DNA of 64,000 nt, taken from contig JBDRKL010000010.1 in the NCBI GenBank assembly GCA_043814055.1, forward strand, positions 85,433 to 149,432, read 5' to 3'. The notes under the pieces are model-generated. The model was given only the letters and a program-made list of their open reading frames with translations. It had not been told where the DNA came from and did no database searches. Shown here one piece after another: positions 38,508 through 50,039 of the stretch. Source of the DNA: an archaeon (GTDB taxonomy: Archaea > Undinarchaeota > Undinarchaeia > Undinarchaeales > JBDRKL01). A program made the position numbers and the translations under genes. Position 1 is the first letter of the stretch, and each line of letters begins with the position of its first letter.

Positions 38508-39110
38508 TTACCTCGCGCTCTGCGCCACTCGCTCAAGCTCGTCGCGCTTGCCGATTGAGTAGCACTTGTTGTCATAATTAGATGCAGCTATGATTTCCTC
38601 TGCCAAAGCAGATTCAAGTGTAGCCTTCTTTGAGAAAGACCTCTGAGCTGCGCCGTGCGTTACAAATTTCAATGCAATGTCCAATCGCCTTGCTGGCGCA
38701 ACATCAACTGCCTTATGAACTATGATTCCACCCTGCCTGATTCTTGTGGTTTCTTCCCTTGGTGCTGCGTTCTCAATTGCCTGCACCAAGACCTGGACTG
38801 GATTCTGCTTTGTCCTCTTTTCTATAAGGTCAAACGCGCTCTCTATGCTCTTGTAGGTGCGCTGCTTCTTCCCAGAGTCTCGGCCACTGATTCTCTTGTG
38901 GACTCTTGTGTCCTTGATGTGACCTGTAACCATGAGGTTATTTACCAGGCGCTCAACAAGGTGGATCTTTGACTTGCCAAACTTCCTGGTCGCGCCGAGG
39001 CCGAAAGAATAAGGAAGCGCCTTGTTTGGCAGGTTTATGTAGCTTCGCAGCCCAACGTCTTTGATTATGACACTTGCACAGTCCCATTTGTTGAATAATT
39101 TAACGTCCAT
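38508..39110 (-). CDS. rps7: 30S ribosomal protein S7
   Basis: NPVQVLV.AIENAAPREE, ERVAQSAR. Confidence 0.97.
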   Translation of the reverse strand: MDVKLFNKWDCASVIIKDVGLRSYINLPNKALPYSFGLGATRKFGKSKIHLVERLVNNLMVTGHIKDTRVHKRISGRDSGKKQRTYKSIESAFDLIEKRTKQNPVQVLVQAIENAAPREETTRIRQGGIIVHKAVDVAPARRLDIALKFVTHGAAQRSFSKKATLESALAEEIIAASNYDNKCYSIGKRDELERVAQSAR

Positions 39111-39114
39111 ATGT

Positions 39115-39552
39115 TTATTTCACCGGTTTTTCTTTTTTGCCCCGAACCATCTGATTCAGGCTTGTCCCCTTGACTTTCGTGACCTTGAAACGGACACCAG
39201 GAATATCACCCATTGACTTGCCGCGCGGACCGCCAATTCCTGCTATCTCAACCTCGTCGTGCTCGTCAATGAAACTTATGGCGTTGTTGCCAGGCGCAAA
39301 CGCTGTAACCATCCTGCCACTCTTGATAAGCTGAACCCTGACACACTTCCTAATACCTGAGTTCGGCTGTTTTGCTTCAAGCCCGACCTTCTCAAGAACA
39401 ATCCCGCGGGCCATTGGAGCGCCTCCGAGCGGGGATGACTTGATGTTAAGCTTAAGGGCACGCCTCTTGTAATCCATGTCGTGCCATCTAAAGGTCTTGC
39501 GCCTTTCTTCAAGTTTTCGTGCTGTAAACAGCCCCTTGGGTTTATTTGCCAT
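39115..39552 (-). CDS. rps12: 30S ribosomal protein S12
   Basis: [20 protein letters not shown]. Confidence 0.97.
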   Translation of the reverse strand: MANKPKGLFTARKLEERRKTFRWHDMDYKRRALKLNIKSSPLGGAPMARGIVLEKVGLEAKQPNSGIRKCVRVQLIKSGRMVTAFAPGNNAISFIDEHDEVEIAGIGGPRGKSMGDIPGVRFKVTKVKGTSLNQMVRGKKEKPVK

Positions 39553-39556
39553 TTTA

Positions 39557-39979
39557 TTACTTTATTATTACCTCACTTATATTGTGGTGCCTCTTTAGTA
39601 GATCTTTTAGTATTTGAACCTTTTTCCCGCCCTTCCCGAGCACTGCGCCGCGGGATTTGAAGTCAACCTCTATTTGAATTGAGGTTAAACCAGAATCCTC
39701 CGTCTTTGTGACAGTCTTTTGCGCGATTGTGCTGAGCATGTTGCTCACGAACTTAACAGGGTCAGTTGAAAATTCAATGAGCTGTACTCTCTTGCCGAGC
39801 GCGGCATTGAGCTTTTTAACATTCACGCCGTTCTTGCCTATTGCCTTGCCGAGCTGACCCTCTTTCACGACGAACATTATTGTATCCTCGTTTGCTATGC
39901 AGTCCTTGACCTCAACACCGGTTGTGCTTTCAAGAGCAGCAATGTAACGCAGTGAATCCATGTTCAACTTTATCGTCAT
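39557..39979 (-). CDS. nusA: archaeal NusA (KH domains)
   Basis: AIGKNG.NV and LGKGG KH motifs; conserved position. Confidence 0.92.
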   Translation of the reverse strand: MTIKLNMDSLRYIAALESTTGVEVKDCIANEDTIMFVVKEGQLGKAIGKNGVNVKKLNAALGKRVQLIEFSTDPVKFVSNMLSTIAQKTVTKTEDSGLTSIQIEVDFKSRGAVLGKGGKKVQILKDLLKRHHNISEVIIK

Positions 39980-40251
39980 TTGCTTTTTGTTTCCTCTTTA
40001 AGCACAACAAGTGAAGATACTGGAAAAGGTTTTTTGCACAATGCCCCAAGGCTTTTTGAATCGCCCTTGAATTCAAAGAGTTCTGTACCGGAGCTCTCTG
40101 AGTACGCCCTGAGTTTCTCAAGGTTTGGGCAATTGCTTGCCGCGACTATGAATTTTGGGTTTCCCTGCTTGATTGCGCGGAGAGTTTCATCACTGCCGAA
40201 AACAGTTGTTCCACCCTGCACTATTTTTGGAAGTTCTTTTACTATGTCCAT
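39976..40251 (-). CDS. rpl30e: 50S ribosomal protein L30e
   Basis: ASNCP, LG.LC.KPF; synteny. Confidence 0.92.
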   Translation of the reverse strand: MDIVKELPKIVQGGTTVFGSDETLRAIKQGNPKFIVAASNCPNLEKLRAYSESSGTELFEFKGDSKSLGALCKKPFPVSSLVVLKEETKSK

Positions 40252-41396
40252 TATTTCTTCTTCACTATGCTCCTATTGAGCACCAGTTCAGGCACTCCTG
40301 TGCCCAAGTTAATTACCTGCCCAACTATGATATTTTCAACAACCCCATTGAGCTCGTCTGACTCACCATACGCTGCAGCCCTGAGAAGGTGCTTTACGGT
40401 TTCCTCAAAACTTGCCCTTGCGAGTATGGATGCCTTGTTCCCGGAAACCCCGTGCCTGCCGATTGCTTTTACCAGACCATCTGCACACATCGTGTCTGCC
40501 ACGAGCGTCACGTGCCTTACGTCAACACTCAAGCCAGCCTCTTTTAGAGTTTCAAGTGTTTCATCAACAAGAAGATTTCTTGCAGCTTCAACACCAAGCA
40601 CACGCTCAGTTTCCATTATGTCATTTGTGCGGGTCCTCTTAACGTCAACTTCCTTGACCAGCAACATATCCTTCAGATTTGTCCCCTTGGTGTAGAGCAC
40701 GTATCGGTGGTCCTCCTTCTGGATAACCACGTAACTTACGCCCTTGACACCTGAGACGTGAACCTGCTGGATTTCTTCCCTGAGCTTCTGAAGCGCTGAA
40801 GCGCTGCGCTTTGGCGCTTTTATGATTATTTTGTCCTTGACCACGGCTGCCTTGTCGGCGAACTTCTCTTCCAGTATCTTGCTGAGATTCTTGGAGGTAA
40901 CACCACGCTCGCTGAGTTTTTTCACGTCAAGAGTGATTGTAAGCTCAAACTTAGCGAAGTTTGATTCCATCTCTTTCATAACGTGCTTGATATTAGTTTC
41001 TTTTATGTGGTTTGCAAGCTTTTCCGCTTTCTCCGCAGTATTGTACTCGCTCTTCAGGAACACAGACATCATTGGAGTCTTTGGAGTTTTCCTTGCGTCA
41101 AAAATTTCAATAAGCCTTGGAAGACCCCGCGTAACGTCCATTGCAGTTCCTGCGTAGTGCTTGGTTCGCATCATCATCTGGGTGCCTGGCTCGCCGATTG
41201 ATTGTGCTGCAACAACGCCAACCCCTTCACCTGGCTCAACCTTTGCCTTTCCATAAACCTCAATTAGCTTGTCTAGGACTGGCTCAATATACTTCTTCTC
41301 TACTTTTGCGCGCTTGATTTGTATCTCTATTTCATTAACTAAGTTTGAGGGAAATTCAGCCCCTTTCTTTTCCAAGAGAATTTTTATGTCACTCAT
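40251..41396 (-). CDS. rpoA2: RNA polymerase subunit A''
   Basis: [28 protein letters not shown]. Confidence 0.97.
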   Translation of the reverse strand: MSDIKILLEKKGAEFPSNLVNEIEIQIKRAKVEKKYIEPVLDKLIEVYGKAKVEPGEGVGVVAAQSIGEPGTQMMMRTKHYAGTAMDVTRGLPRLIEIFDARKTPKTPMMSVFLKSEYNTAEKAEKLANHIKETNIKHVMKEMESNFAKFELTITLDVKKLSERGVTSKNLSKILEEKFADKAAVVKDKIIIKAPKRSASALQKLREEIQQVHVSGVKGVSYVVIQKEDHRYVLYTKGTNLKDMLLVKEVDVKRTRTNDIMETERVLGVEAARNLLVDETLETLKEAGLSVDVRHVTLVADTMCADGLVKAIGRHGVSGNKASILARASFEETVKHLLRAAAYGESDELNGVVENIIVGQVINLGTGVPELVLNRSIVKKK

Positions 41397-44011
41397 TTTG
41401 AGCCCTTCCTAAGGGTGACGTCTTTTATTACTTTCTTGATATTAACACCCTTTCCGTGATCAGACTTTGCAGGGTCAATTCCATCGTCACCATACTTGAA
41501 CTGAATGATAATCCCGCGCCCGTCCTTTACGGTTTCATTATAATCAACCATTATGTCCTGCAGCGCGTTCACGAGACGCCTCTGTAGATAACCTGATTTT
41601 GGCGTTCGCATTGCCGTGTCTGTTAGAGATTCGCGGCCACCCATTGCGTGGAGGAAGAATTCAACTGGGTCCATTCCGCCCTTGTAACTGTTGCTAACGA
41701 AACCTCTAGACTTTGCACCAAGGTCGCCTTCCTTAAAGTGCGGTAATGTTCTTCCGTGATAACCACGCAAGATACGCTTGCCACGCACAGCCTGCTGACC
41801 AATGCACGCAGACATTTGAGTAATGTTAAGTGTACTTCCCCTTGCCCCTGTCTTTGCCATCACAAGCGCTGCGTTTTCTTTCTTCAGGTGTGCGCCTGCC
41901 ATTTCTCCAGCCTTGTTCCTGCCGTTGTTTAGCTCAAGCATTATTAGCTCTTCAAGAGTATCAGTAACTGTTTTGCCCTTTGATGGCTGTAGCTTGCCTG
42001 CCCTGTACTTTTCAACCAGTTCGTCAACTTTACCCCGTGCCTTTTCCAGAACCTTTGCAATTTCAGCACGAACCTCGCGAGGCAGATGCTCATCGTCCAG
42101 CCCAGTTGTGAAACCAACCAAATCAAGATATGCGATTCCCAGCTTTGTTATGCCGTCAAGGAAATCCTTGACCTTTGCTGGTCCGTGCTTCCTTAGTATT
42201 TCGTCAACCAAGCGGCCAGACATTGCGCCGATTGCGCGCTCATCAATTATTCCAGACAGCAGTTCGCCGTCCCGAATCAGCACATATTCGTTATACTTGC
42301 ACTTTGACTTTATACAATCCCCGCACTTGCGGCACATCTTTGACTTGAAACCGATTGAGAGGTCATCTGGGAGGAATATTGAGAATATCTGCTTGCCATC
42401 AATCATTCCCTTCTTTGACTTTGGCAATAGACCGTCATAGTTTGCCCTCGCAAGTATGTTCGCTGCTTCCCTCTCAGTGAACGTGGATGAGGTCAAGAAG
42501 TACAAACCGGAAATGTGGTCGTGAATAGCGCCTATGATTGGACCAGTAAACCTTGGTGAGCGAATCTGGGTCTGAACCCCCATAAGAATTCTTGCCTCGG
42601 TTCTGGCCTCTTCAGTCTGCGGCACGTGCAGGTTCATTTCGTCGCCGTCAAAGTCAGCGTTGTAAGGTGTGCATACACAAAGGTTAAGCCTGAATGTTTT
42701 GCACGGCAAAACACGGACCTTGTGCGCCATTATTGACATTCTGTGCAGTGATGGCTGCCTGTTGAACAAGACGATGTCGCCGTCCTTCAAGTGGCGTTCA
42801 ATGATATAACCTGGCTCAAGTTCCGCAATGAGCTCTTCAATGTTCTCATCTGTTATTTTCTTTCTCTTGCCATCTGGCCGAATAACATAATTTGCACCAG
42901 GGTGATTGCTTGGACCCCTGCGGATAAGCGCTTTCAAAGCTTCTAAGTTCATTTCTGTGGCGCGTTCTGGAATCGTGAGCTCCATTGCAATTTCGTACGG
43001 AATGCCGACCTCGTCAATGCTGATATTTGGGTCTGGCGAAATAACTGTTCGGGCCGAGAAGTCAACACGCTTTCCAGCCAAGCTGTGCCTGAACCTACCT
43101 TCCTTGCCCTTGAGCCTCTGCTTCAGTGTCTTGAGAGGCCTTCCAGAGCGGTGCCTTGCGGTTGGAACTCCTGTGACTTCGTTGTCAAGATAAGTTGTAA
43201 CGTGATACTGGACAAGCTCCCACTGGTCCTCTACAATCAAGTGCGGAGCGCCTGCCTCAATGTTCTCGCGGAGCCGCTGGTTCAGCCTGAGTATGTCAAC
43301 AAGTTTGTGTGTCAGGTCGTCTTCCGAACGCTCCCCGGTTTCAAGCGTGATGCTCGGCCTTGTGGTCACAGGAGGCACTAGTAAAAGTGTAAGGACCATC
43401 CACTCAGGCCTTGAAGTTTCTGAACTAAGACCGAAAATTTTGATATCATCATCAGGTATCTTTTCAAGGCGCTCTCGGATTTCAGTTGGCATTATGCGCT
43501 GACCGCCCTCAAGTATGGTAGTCGGTTTTTCAAGTTTTATCTTTAGCTGAACCTCGCCGCAGTGCGGGCACTTCTTTGCCTTTCGGGACTCACTGAGAAC
43601 CTCTGCGAATATTTTGTCAAGCTCTTCTGTTCCGCCGAGATTATTCTTTATCCGCCCCTTGTACTCATCAATCTTCTGCGGAGACAAGAGTGTCCTGCTG
43701 CAATCCTTGCAGGTTGAGCGTAGTAAATTGTAGACCAGTTTTGTATAACCAACGTGCAACACTGGTCTTGCGAGCTCAATATAACCAGGGTGGCCAGGGC
43801 AATCGCCCATCTTTCCCTTGCAAGTTCGGCAGCGGAGCCCTGGGTCTATGACACCCATTCTTGGATCCATAAGACCTGCCTTGATTGGGTAACCATCAGT
43901 ATCGTGAGTATCAGGAGCAATGACCTTGACTGCAGCCATCTTCTTTACCATCTTTGGTGAGAGCACTCCAAACTCAATTCTCTCTATCCGCTTGCTTATG
44001 AATTCCACCAT
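41393..44011 (-). CDS. rpoA1: RNA polymerase subunit A'
   Basis: [10 protein letters not shown] catalytic motif, NRQPSLH. Confidence 0.98.
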   Translation of the reverse strand: MVEFISKRIERIEFGVLSPKMVKKMAAVKVIAPDTHDTDGYPIKAGLMDPRMGVIDPGLRCRTCKGKMGDCPGHPGYIELARPVLHVGYTKLVYNLLRSTCKDCSRTLLSPQKIDEYKGRIKNNLGGTEELDKIFAEVLSESRKAKKCPHCGEVQLKIKLEKPTTILEGGQRIMPTEIRERLEKIPDDDIKIFGLSSETSRPEWMVLTLLLVPPVTTRPSITLETGERSEDDLTHKLVDILRLNQRLRENIEAGAPHLIVEDQWELVQYHVTTYLDNEVTGVPTARHRSGRPLKTLKQRLKGKEGRFRHSLAGKRVDFSARTVISPDPNISIDEVGIPYEIAMELTIPERATEMNLEALKALIRRGPSNHPGANYVIRPDGKRKKITDENIEELIAELEPGYIIERHLKDGDIVLFNRQPSLHRMSIMAHKVRVLPCKTFRLNLCVCTPYNADFDGDEMNLHVPQTEEARTEARILMGVQTQIRSPRFTGPIIGAIHDHISGLYFLTSSTFTEREAANILARANYDGLLPKSKKGMIDGKQIFSIFLPDDLSIGFKSKMCRKCGDCIKSKCKYNEYVLIRDGELLSGIIDERAIGAMSGRLVDEILRKHGPAKVKDFLDGITKLGIAYLDLVGFTTGLDDEHLPREVRAEIAKVLEKARGKVDELVEKYRAGKLQPSKGKTVTDTLEELIMLELNNGRNKAGEMAGAHLKKENAALVMAKTGARGSTLNITQMSACIGQQAVRGKRILRGYHGRTLPHFKEGDLGAKSRGFVSNSYKGGMDPVEFFLHAMGGRESLTDTAMRTPKSGYLQRRLVNALQDIMVDYNETVKDGRGIIIQFKYGDDGIDPAKSDHGKGVNIKKVIKDVTLRKGSK

Positions 44012-45852
44012 TATCCCTTATCACCTATCACGAGTTTTGGATATATGCTCATGGATTTTAATTCATCCAGAAGCAACTTGAACGCATATGAAATTTCAAC
44101 GAATTCTATGTCAACATTATCTCCGCAGACCGTGCAGTAGCTATAGTCTCGGAACTTGTCATAGATTGCAATCATGCCGCAGCTCGTGCATATTGGCACT
44201 TGTGTCTTGTCTGACTCATCCAGGAGACGCTCCTTGAGGAGCAGCGCTGCGCCGTGCGCAACCAAGCAGTCTTTCTCCATTTCACCCATTCTAAGACCGC
44301 CCTCGCGCGCCTTTCCTGAGGTTGGCTGCCTTGTGAGAATCTGCACAGGACCTCGTGACCTTGCGCGAATCTTATCAACAACCATGTGCTTGAGCTTCTG
44401 GTAGTATACAACGCCGATGAATATTTCAGCCTCAAGCTTCTGCCCGGTTATTCCGTCATACATGACTTCCTTGCCACTGCTCTTGAATCCCAGTGAGTGC
44501 AGTTCATCGCGCAGTGAGCGCTCTGGCTCACCTGAGAAAGGAGTTCCATCAATTGTGCGCCCGTTTAACGAGCCGACCTTACCGCCGAGCGTCTCAAGCA
44601 ATTGACCCACTGTCATTCTAGATGGAATTGCGTGCGGGTTAAGAAGCAAGTCTGGACTCATTCCAGAAGCAGTAAATGGAGCATCCTCCTGTGGAATTAC
44701 AAGACCGATAACACCCTTCTGACCATGCCTTGAAGCGAACTTGTCCCCAACCTCTGGGATTCGCTGTTCGCGAAGAGTGACCTTTACCATTTTGTCACCC
44801 TCAAGAGTTTCTGAAAGCATAACCTTGTCAACAATTCCGCCCTCACCAGAACGAACAACCACTGAGCTTTCCCTTCGGTTTTTCACAGACATTCCGAACT
44901 CTTCCATAACCTCAAGGAATCTTGGAGGCGATGTCTTTCCAATAAGAACATCGTCCTCGCCAACTTTGTACTCTGACTCAATGAGCCCGTCCTCGCCGAG
45001 GAACCTGTAGGATTCCTCTGAGAGATAGCCGCGGACTTCCTTGTCAGGAAGCTCTATGGTATCAACCTGCCCACCCGGATATTTGCGCTCTTCAGCGTTG
45101 TAGGAGCGGAAGAAAATTGAGCGGCCAAGACCGCGCTCTATTGAAGCCTTGTTAATTATGATGGCGTCCTGCATGTTGTAGCCGCCCTTTGAAATAATCG
45201 CAACCACAAAGTTCTGGCCGGATGGGCGCCTGTCATAATTAATTAGGTCAAGACCATGTGTTCGCACAAGAGGCGACTGAGGGTACACCATTAGGTGGCG
45301 CTGAGTGTCAGCCCGTGCATTGTAATTTGAGGTATAAACGCCGATACCCTGCTTGGACATGTTCGCACCCAGTGTTACACGGGTAGCCATGTTGTGATTT
45401 AGGAAAGGAACAACGCCAGCGCAGATTCCGAATATTGTAAGAGGGTCAATTTCAAGGTGCGTGTGCTCAGGGGTAATATCACCGTCGCGCAGGGCAACAA
45501 GCGTGTTTTCCTCCTCTGCCGCGTCAAGATACTCCACAATACCCTGGCTGACCAAGTCACTCCACTGCAGTTCACCCTTCTTTATCTTGTCAAGGTGCTC
45601 CTGTGTAATCAGTGGTTTACCATCAATAACTTTTATGAGCGGCCTTATGATTCTGCCCTCGTCTGAGTTTATGTGAACCTCATCAAAGTCCTTTGAACGT
45701 GAAATACTGACCTCAGCCCCGATTACACCCTCGGTTCGCATCTCCTTGAGCTCTTTAATAAGCGCGTCAGTGTCCTCGTGCTCTCCGATTAGACGACCGT
45801 TTAGGTAGATGCCAATTTTTTTCTTTTCTGGTTTTGTTTCTACTTTAGCCAT
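44011..45852 (-). CDS. rpoB1: RNA polymerase subunit B'
   Basis: GDKFASRHGQKG, GGLRMGEME. Confidence 0.97.
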   Translation of the reverse strand: MAKVETKPEKKKIGIYLNGRLIGEHEDTDALIKELKEMRTEGVIGAEVSISRSKDFDEVHINSDEGRIIRPLIKVIDGKPLITQEHLDKIKKGELQWSDLVSQGIVEYLDAAEEENTLVALRDGDITPEHTHLEIDPLTIFGICAGVVPFLNHNMATRVTLGANMSKQGIGVYTSNYNARADTQRHLMVYPQSPLVRTHGLDLINYDRRPSGQNFVVAIISKGGYNMQDAIIINKASIERGLGRSIFFRSYNAEERKYPGGQVDTIELPDKEVRGYLSEESYRFLGEDGLIESEYKVGEDDVLIGKTSPPRFLEVMEEFGMSVKNRRESSVVVRSGEGGIVDKVMLSETLEGDKMVKVTLREQRIPEVGDKFASRHGQKGVIGLVIPQEDAPFTASGMSPDLLLNPHAIPSRMTVGQLLETLGGKVGSLNGRTIDGTPFSGEPERSLRDELHSLGFKSSGKEVMYDGITGQKLEAEIFIGVVYYQKLKHMVVDKIRARSRGPVQILTRQPTSGKAREGGLRMGEMEKDCLVAHGAALLLKERLLDESDKTQVPICTSCGMIAIYDKFRDYSYCTVCGDNVDIEFVEISYAFKLLLDELKSMSIYPKLVIGDKG

Positions 45853-47325
45853 TTAATCTCCGAGTTTTACGTTCTTCTTTCTAAGTGTTTCCTCAATCAA
45901 AGCGTCGTCCGAGTACTTGCTTATCTTTGCCATTAGCGCAAGGTTCTTGACAAGACCGATGTTTGAACCCTCAGGAGTTTCATTAGGGCAGAGCCTACCC
46001 CAGTGGGTTGAGTGCAGGTCACGCGCCTCGAAGTGAGGCTGGGTCGTGCTCAGAAGTGATCGGACACGACGCCTGTGGGACATTGAAGAAAGATAATTCA
46101 TCCTGTCAAGGTGCTGCGAGACACCTTGCCTGTTGCCAATCCACGCACCGGTTGCAATGGCGTGCTGGATTCGCTCGGTGAGGAAGTTTGAGCGAACAGC
46201 AGTGAGAACTGAAATTTTTCTGTGCCGCTTAAACGCTTTTTCAAGAGAGTAAACAGTGTTGTTGATGAGCGCTCTGAAAGTCACCCTAAAGAGGTCCTCA
46301 AAGAGAGACCCTGCAAGGCGCAGGCGCTTGTTTGAGTAGTGGTCCTTGTCGTCAATGTCGTGCAGACCGATGTGCAGCTTGATTACCTTTTCAGCCATCT
46401 TCGCCACGTAATATGCCTTCTTCTTTCGGTCCTCGGGTTCAACTCCAACGTGAGGGAGAAGGAAAGTGTCAAGTATGCGCTTTGCGCGCTCAATTCGCTC
46501 CGGCCTGTTCTGGCCGAACGCGACCTTCTTGCCAAGGTAGTCAAGCGCATCATCAGTGCTGTTCTCTTCTGCTGCCTCTTCAAAACTCACGTAGAGTTCT
46601 GAGGAAACTCGCTGGTTAAGTGAAACCGCCTTTGCAAGCTCTGAGTCCTTTCCAAGGCCAAGTGCCCTGAGCAGAACCACGAATGGTATTGGCTTTGAGA
46701 ATGGCGGCATGTTCACGACAAGCCCGCCGTCCTTCTTTCGCTCAACCCCGTTCCTTCTTCGGTACCAGCCGCTCTCTGAGAATACACGAGCGCTCTCTGT
46801 GACTGTGCCGATTGTTGAGCGCTCAAGGTTGATGCGGTTCGCAGCAAGGTCCTCTACAAGAACAAGAACTCGTTCTGTTCCGTTGACTACGAAATACCCC
46901 CCGGGGTCATCAGGATCCTCACTGGCCCTGATTAATTCATCTCTCTTAAGACCCTTAAGCAGGCAGATGTTTGACTTGAGCATAATCGGAAGCTCGCCGA
47001 TTTTTGCCTCCAGCGTGTCTTGGTCAACCCCGTTCTTTATTGGAGTCATGTCAAGAAGAATTGGAGCAGAATAAGTCAGGTTACGAAGCCTTGCCTCGTT
47101 CGGGAAGATTTTTCGGATTGAACCATTTGCCTCTTTTACAGATGGCACACCAATATGAATATTTTCAAGCCGAATTTGGAAATTCTCAATCTCAGGCTCT
47201 ATAAGACCCATCTCATCAATTACGTGCTGCAACTTGTTCTCAAGGAAGTCATTGTATGAGTCTATCTGATGCTCCACTAGACCTGTCTGTTGCATATACG
47301 ATGTGATGACTGGTTTGTAATCCAT
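45853..47325 (-). CDS. rpoB2: RNA polymerase subunit B''
   Basis: DPGGYFVVNG.ERV, CPNETPEG.NIGLVKN. Confidence 0.96.
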   Translation of the reverse strand: MDYKPVITSYMQQTGLVEHQIDSYNDFLENKLQHVIDEMGLIEPEIENFQIRLENIHIGVPSVKEANGSIRKIFPNEARLRNLTYSAPILLDMTPIKNGVDQDTLEAKIGELPIMLKSNICLLKGLKRDELIRASEDPDDPGGYFVVNGTERVLVLVEDLAANRINLERSTIGTVTESARVFSESGWYRRRNGVERKKDGGLVVNMPPFSKPIPFVVLLRALGLGKDSELAKAVSLNQRVSSELYVSFEEAAEENSTDDALDYLGKKVAFGQNRPERIERAKRILDTFLLPHVGVEPEDRKKKAYYVAKMAEKVIKLHIGLHDIDDKDHYSNKRLRLAGSLFEDLFRVTFRALINNTVYSLEKAFKRHRKISVLTAVRSNFLTERIQHAIATGAWIGNRQGVSQHLDRMNYLSSMSHRRRVRSLLSTTQPHFEARDLHSTHWGRLCPNETPEGSNIGLVKNLALMAKISKYSDDALIEETLRKKNVKLGD

Positions 47326-47326
47326 T

Positions 47327-47569
47327 TTAAGTAACAACCCTGTAGTAAATCGCAGTGCCAGCAGTCTGGCTAGCGCGTGTTATCTTGATAATGTTGCCCC
47401 GAGCCGCCTTAAGGTGTTTTATCGCCGGGTCGTTAGCCAGAATCTTTGGAAGCTGGCGCTTGATGATTCCATACTCAATGAGTATTTCCTCGCCTTTTGC
47501 CTCAGAAACAATTTCGTGCTTTGGAACAAGCTCGTGTTCCAACACCAGTTTCATGTCTTCTATTTCCAT
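47327..47569 (-). CDS. rpoH: RNA polymerase subunit H (Rpo5)
   Basis: HELVPKHE, QLPKI...DP, TAG..IYYR.V. Confidence 0.96.
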   Translation of the reverse strand: MEIEDMKLVLEHELVPKHEIVSEAKGEEILIEYGIIKRQLPKILANDPAIKHLKAARGNIIKITRASQTAGTAIYYRVVT

Positions 47570-47587
47570 TGCGGTTTTTACTATGAA

Positions 47588-47661
47588 TGGGTCCGACGGG
47601 ATTTGAACCCGCGACCCCTTGGTTAAAAGCCAAGTGCTCTCCCAACCTGAGCTACGGACCC
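47588..47661 (-). tRNA. tRNA-Lys(UUU)
   Basis: CTTGG-CTTTTAA-CCAAG; no encoded CCA. Confidence 0.95.
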
Positions 47662-47668
47662 ATGGTAG

Positions 47669-47743
47669 TGGCGCCCTGGCCGGAAGTCGAATCCGGGTCA
47701 CGGCCGTGACAGGGCCGTATGATAACCACTACACCACCAGGGC
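47669..47743 (-). tRNA. tRNA-Asp(GUC)
   Basis: CGGCC-CTGTCAC-GGCCG, CCA. Confidence 0.95.
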
Positions 47744-47872
47744 GTAGTTCGTTACGGTGTGTCATAGATAGGGGTGGGTAGGTTAGTATGTACACTAGAT
47801 GAAATACTCTATTTGGAGTTTGTGTCACCTAAAGAAAACAATTGAATCATATACCCGCATCCATGTTGAAGT

Positions 47873-47990
<118 letters not shown>

Positions 47991-48091
47991 CTCATATAGA
48001 ACTACGGATAGGTATTTAAAGGTTTCGGAAAGAATAAAGAGGGTCTTAAACATAAGATATAAATAAGCCACTAAAGTACTAAGTTAAGCAA

Positions 48092-49282
48092 ATGAAGAAA
48101 ATACTCCTGACAATGATAGGGGTAGTCCTGCTAACTGCAGCAGGAGCCAGTGCATACACAATTCAGGGTGGCAACGCGTATTGTAGCGGCTGCAGCGACT
48201 GCGAGGCCGCACTTGACAGTGATTATACAACCACCTTCCTGGCGCAAGGCATAGCCAGCTTTGAAAGCAACTGCATAGAATGGCCAAAGCATGGGAAAGT
48301 GCTCAACTGCCAGGGATATGCTATAACTGGTAATGATAATAGCAATGTTGGCATATACTTGAGCAATAAAGATGGCAATATCATAAAGAACTGTGCAATC
48401 ACGGATTTTATGAAAGGAATTTATCTTGACTCTGACTCAGATGATAATCTCGTTAAGAACAATAACCTGAGCTCGAATGGCAGAGGCATAGCACTGGACG
48501 CAGGATCAAGCAATAACAATATAGAAGGAAACATAGCAAAAAATAACTACGAGGGCATCTCGCTGGTTGCAAGCGATGGCAACCTTTTAAAAGACAATAC
48601 ATTGAACAAAAATACTCAAACAGGCATATTTCTTCAGGATAGCGACAACAATGTTATTAGAGATTCCAGTATGAAATCCAATGGCGAAGTCGGAATATAC
48701 CTAGGCGACTCTTCAAATAATTTACTCATAAACAACACTGTGACCAAGAATTATAACGGGATAGAAGCCCAGGGTTTTGGCTCCAGCAATAACATTCTAA
48801 ACAACAACTATGTCTGCTCCAGCACAAATAAGGATATTAAAAACAAAGGCAATGGGAATACAGGGGAGAATAACAGGTGCAGCAAAGACAAGAACTGGAA
48901 TGACACGAACGAAGTCGGCTGTGAGCATATCTGCATTGAAGACGTTATTGAGAAGCAGGATGATTATATCAAGAAAGATAGCAAATATTATGGCATCCCG
49001 TGGCTGAGCAAAACCAAGCCAGGGAACACAAACTCTGGACCTGATACATCAGTAAAAAAGAGCATATCACCAAGCTATGATACAGCGCCTTCGGAGACTC
49101 TAACACCAAGCTATGATACAACACCTTCCAAGACTAAGACTTTGCCAAAAAGCTATGATACGGCGCCTTCCAAGACTCCGCCGAAGAGTTACAAGAGCTT
49201 AACTAAGCAGTCCTCAATAAGCAAGACGAGTTCTAAAATTCAGAAATCATTTTTAAAACTTAGAGTTATTGTGAAAAAGTAA
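48092..49282 (+). CDS. secreted right-handed beta-helix (NosD/CASH-like) protein
   Basis: Signal peptide; GI.L..S.NN.I..N repeats; SYDT.PS repeats in tail. Confidence 0.85.
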   Translation: MKKILLTMIGVVLLTAAGASAYTIQGGNAYCSGCSDCEAALDSDYTTTFLAQGIASFESNCIEWPKHGKVLNCQGYAITGNDNSNVGIYLSNKDGNIIKNCAITDFMKGIYLDSDSDDNLVKNNNLSSNGRGIALDAGSSNNNIEGNIAKNNYEGISLVASDGNLLKDNTLNKNTQTGIFLQDSDNNVIRDSSMKSNGEVGIYLGDSSNNLLINNTVTKNYNGIEAQGFGSSNNILNNNYVCSSTNKDIKNKGNGNTGENNRCSKDKNWNDTNEVGCEHICIEDVIEKQDDYIKKDSKYYGIPWLSKTKPGNTNSGPDTSVKKSISPSYDTAPSETLTPSYDTTPSKTKTLPKSYDTAPSKTPPKSYKSLTKQSSISKTSSKIQKSFLKLRVIVKK

Positions 49283-49291
49283 AGCTAGAAT

Positions 49292-49636
49292 ATGAAAAAC
49301 AAGCAACAAGCAGAAATTGCCACATTACTAATTGGCGCAACTTCCTTGATTTTTGTTACATATTTATGGACAACACCATTTATCTTAACCGCGATTTTGA
49401 TTGCCCTCGGAGTTTTAATGCTCGGGCTTTCCAAGCGGCTTGATGACATTTTGCTGTTTATTCTAGCAGGAGTAAGCGGAGCTCTTGCAGAAATTTATGG
49501 AATATCCCACGGCGCCTGGGCTTATGCAAATCCAACCTTCTTTGGCATCCCAATCTGGCTACCGATTCTTTGGGGAGTTGCAGGGCTGTATATGAGGAAT
49601 CTGCATAGTATGATTAAAAGATGTATAGAAAAATGA
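49292..49636 (+). CDS. small membrane protein
   Basis: AEI.GI..GAW.Y..P..FGIPIWLP.LWG. Confidence 0.75.
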   Translation: MKNKQQAEIATLLIGATSLIFVTYLWTTPFILTAILIALGVLMLGLSKRLDDILLFILAGVSGALAEIYGISHGAWAYANPTFFGIPIWLPILWGVAGLYMRNLHSMIKRCIEK

Positions 49637-49710
49637 GTCCCCTCCCCAGGATTTAGGAACGTCCGCCTGCTTGCGGACGAAAAGCAGCTTCGCTTAAACA
49701 CTTAGAAATT

Positions 49711-49884
49711 TGGTCCCCTCCCCGGGATTTGAACCTGGAACCTGCCGGTTTCTGCACGATGCGTATCCTTTGCTGTGCACAGGGCAATTGTTGCCCCGGC
49801 AACAGGTTAATCAGCTACACATCGTGTACGCGCAAAGCACGTGACGTTCTACAGCCGGCCGCTCTACCGTTGAGCCAGGAGGGG
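49711..49884 (-). tRNA. tRNA-Tyr(GUA) with 99-nt intron at 37/38 (49750-49848)
   Basis: GCCGG-CTGTAG|intron|A-CCGGC, BHB helix CTGT/GCAG, CCA. Confidence 0.92.
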
Positions 49885-50039
49885 GCTCTTAGATGTTTAC
49901 CGTAGTTATAGAGGCGTCGGCTTTAGCCGAACGCCTCCGACCTTCCTCCGAGGCCAGTCGGAGCCGACTGAGCCAGGAGGGGAATAATGGTAACCCTATC
50001 TAATGCAAAACCTTCTTTAAATCTTTTGCTCTTGGGGCT

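Noticed and set aside
44011-47325. Split rpoB (and rpoA) as novelty
   Set aside because: Common in Euryarchaeota and DPANN.
28060-47325. Inteins in NrdD or RNA polymerase subunits
   Set aside because: Lengths are normal and no intein terminal motifs were seen.
49066-49192. Repeats AGCTATGATAC..C.CCTTC
   Set aside because: In-frame low-complexity peptide repeats of the secreted protein's tail.
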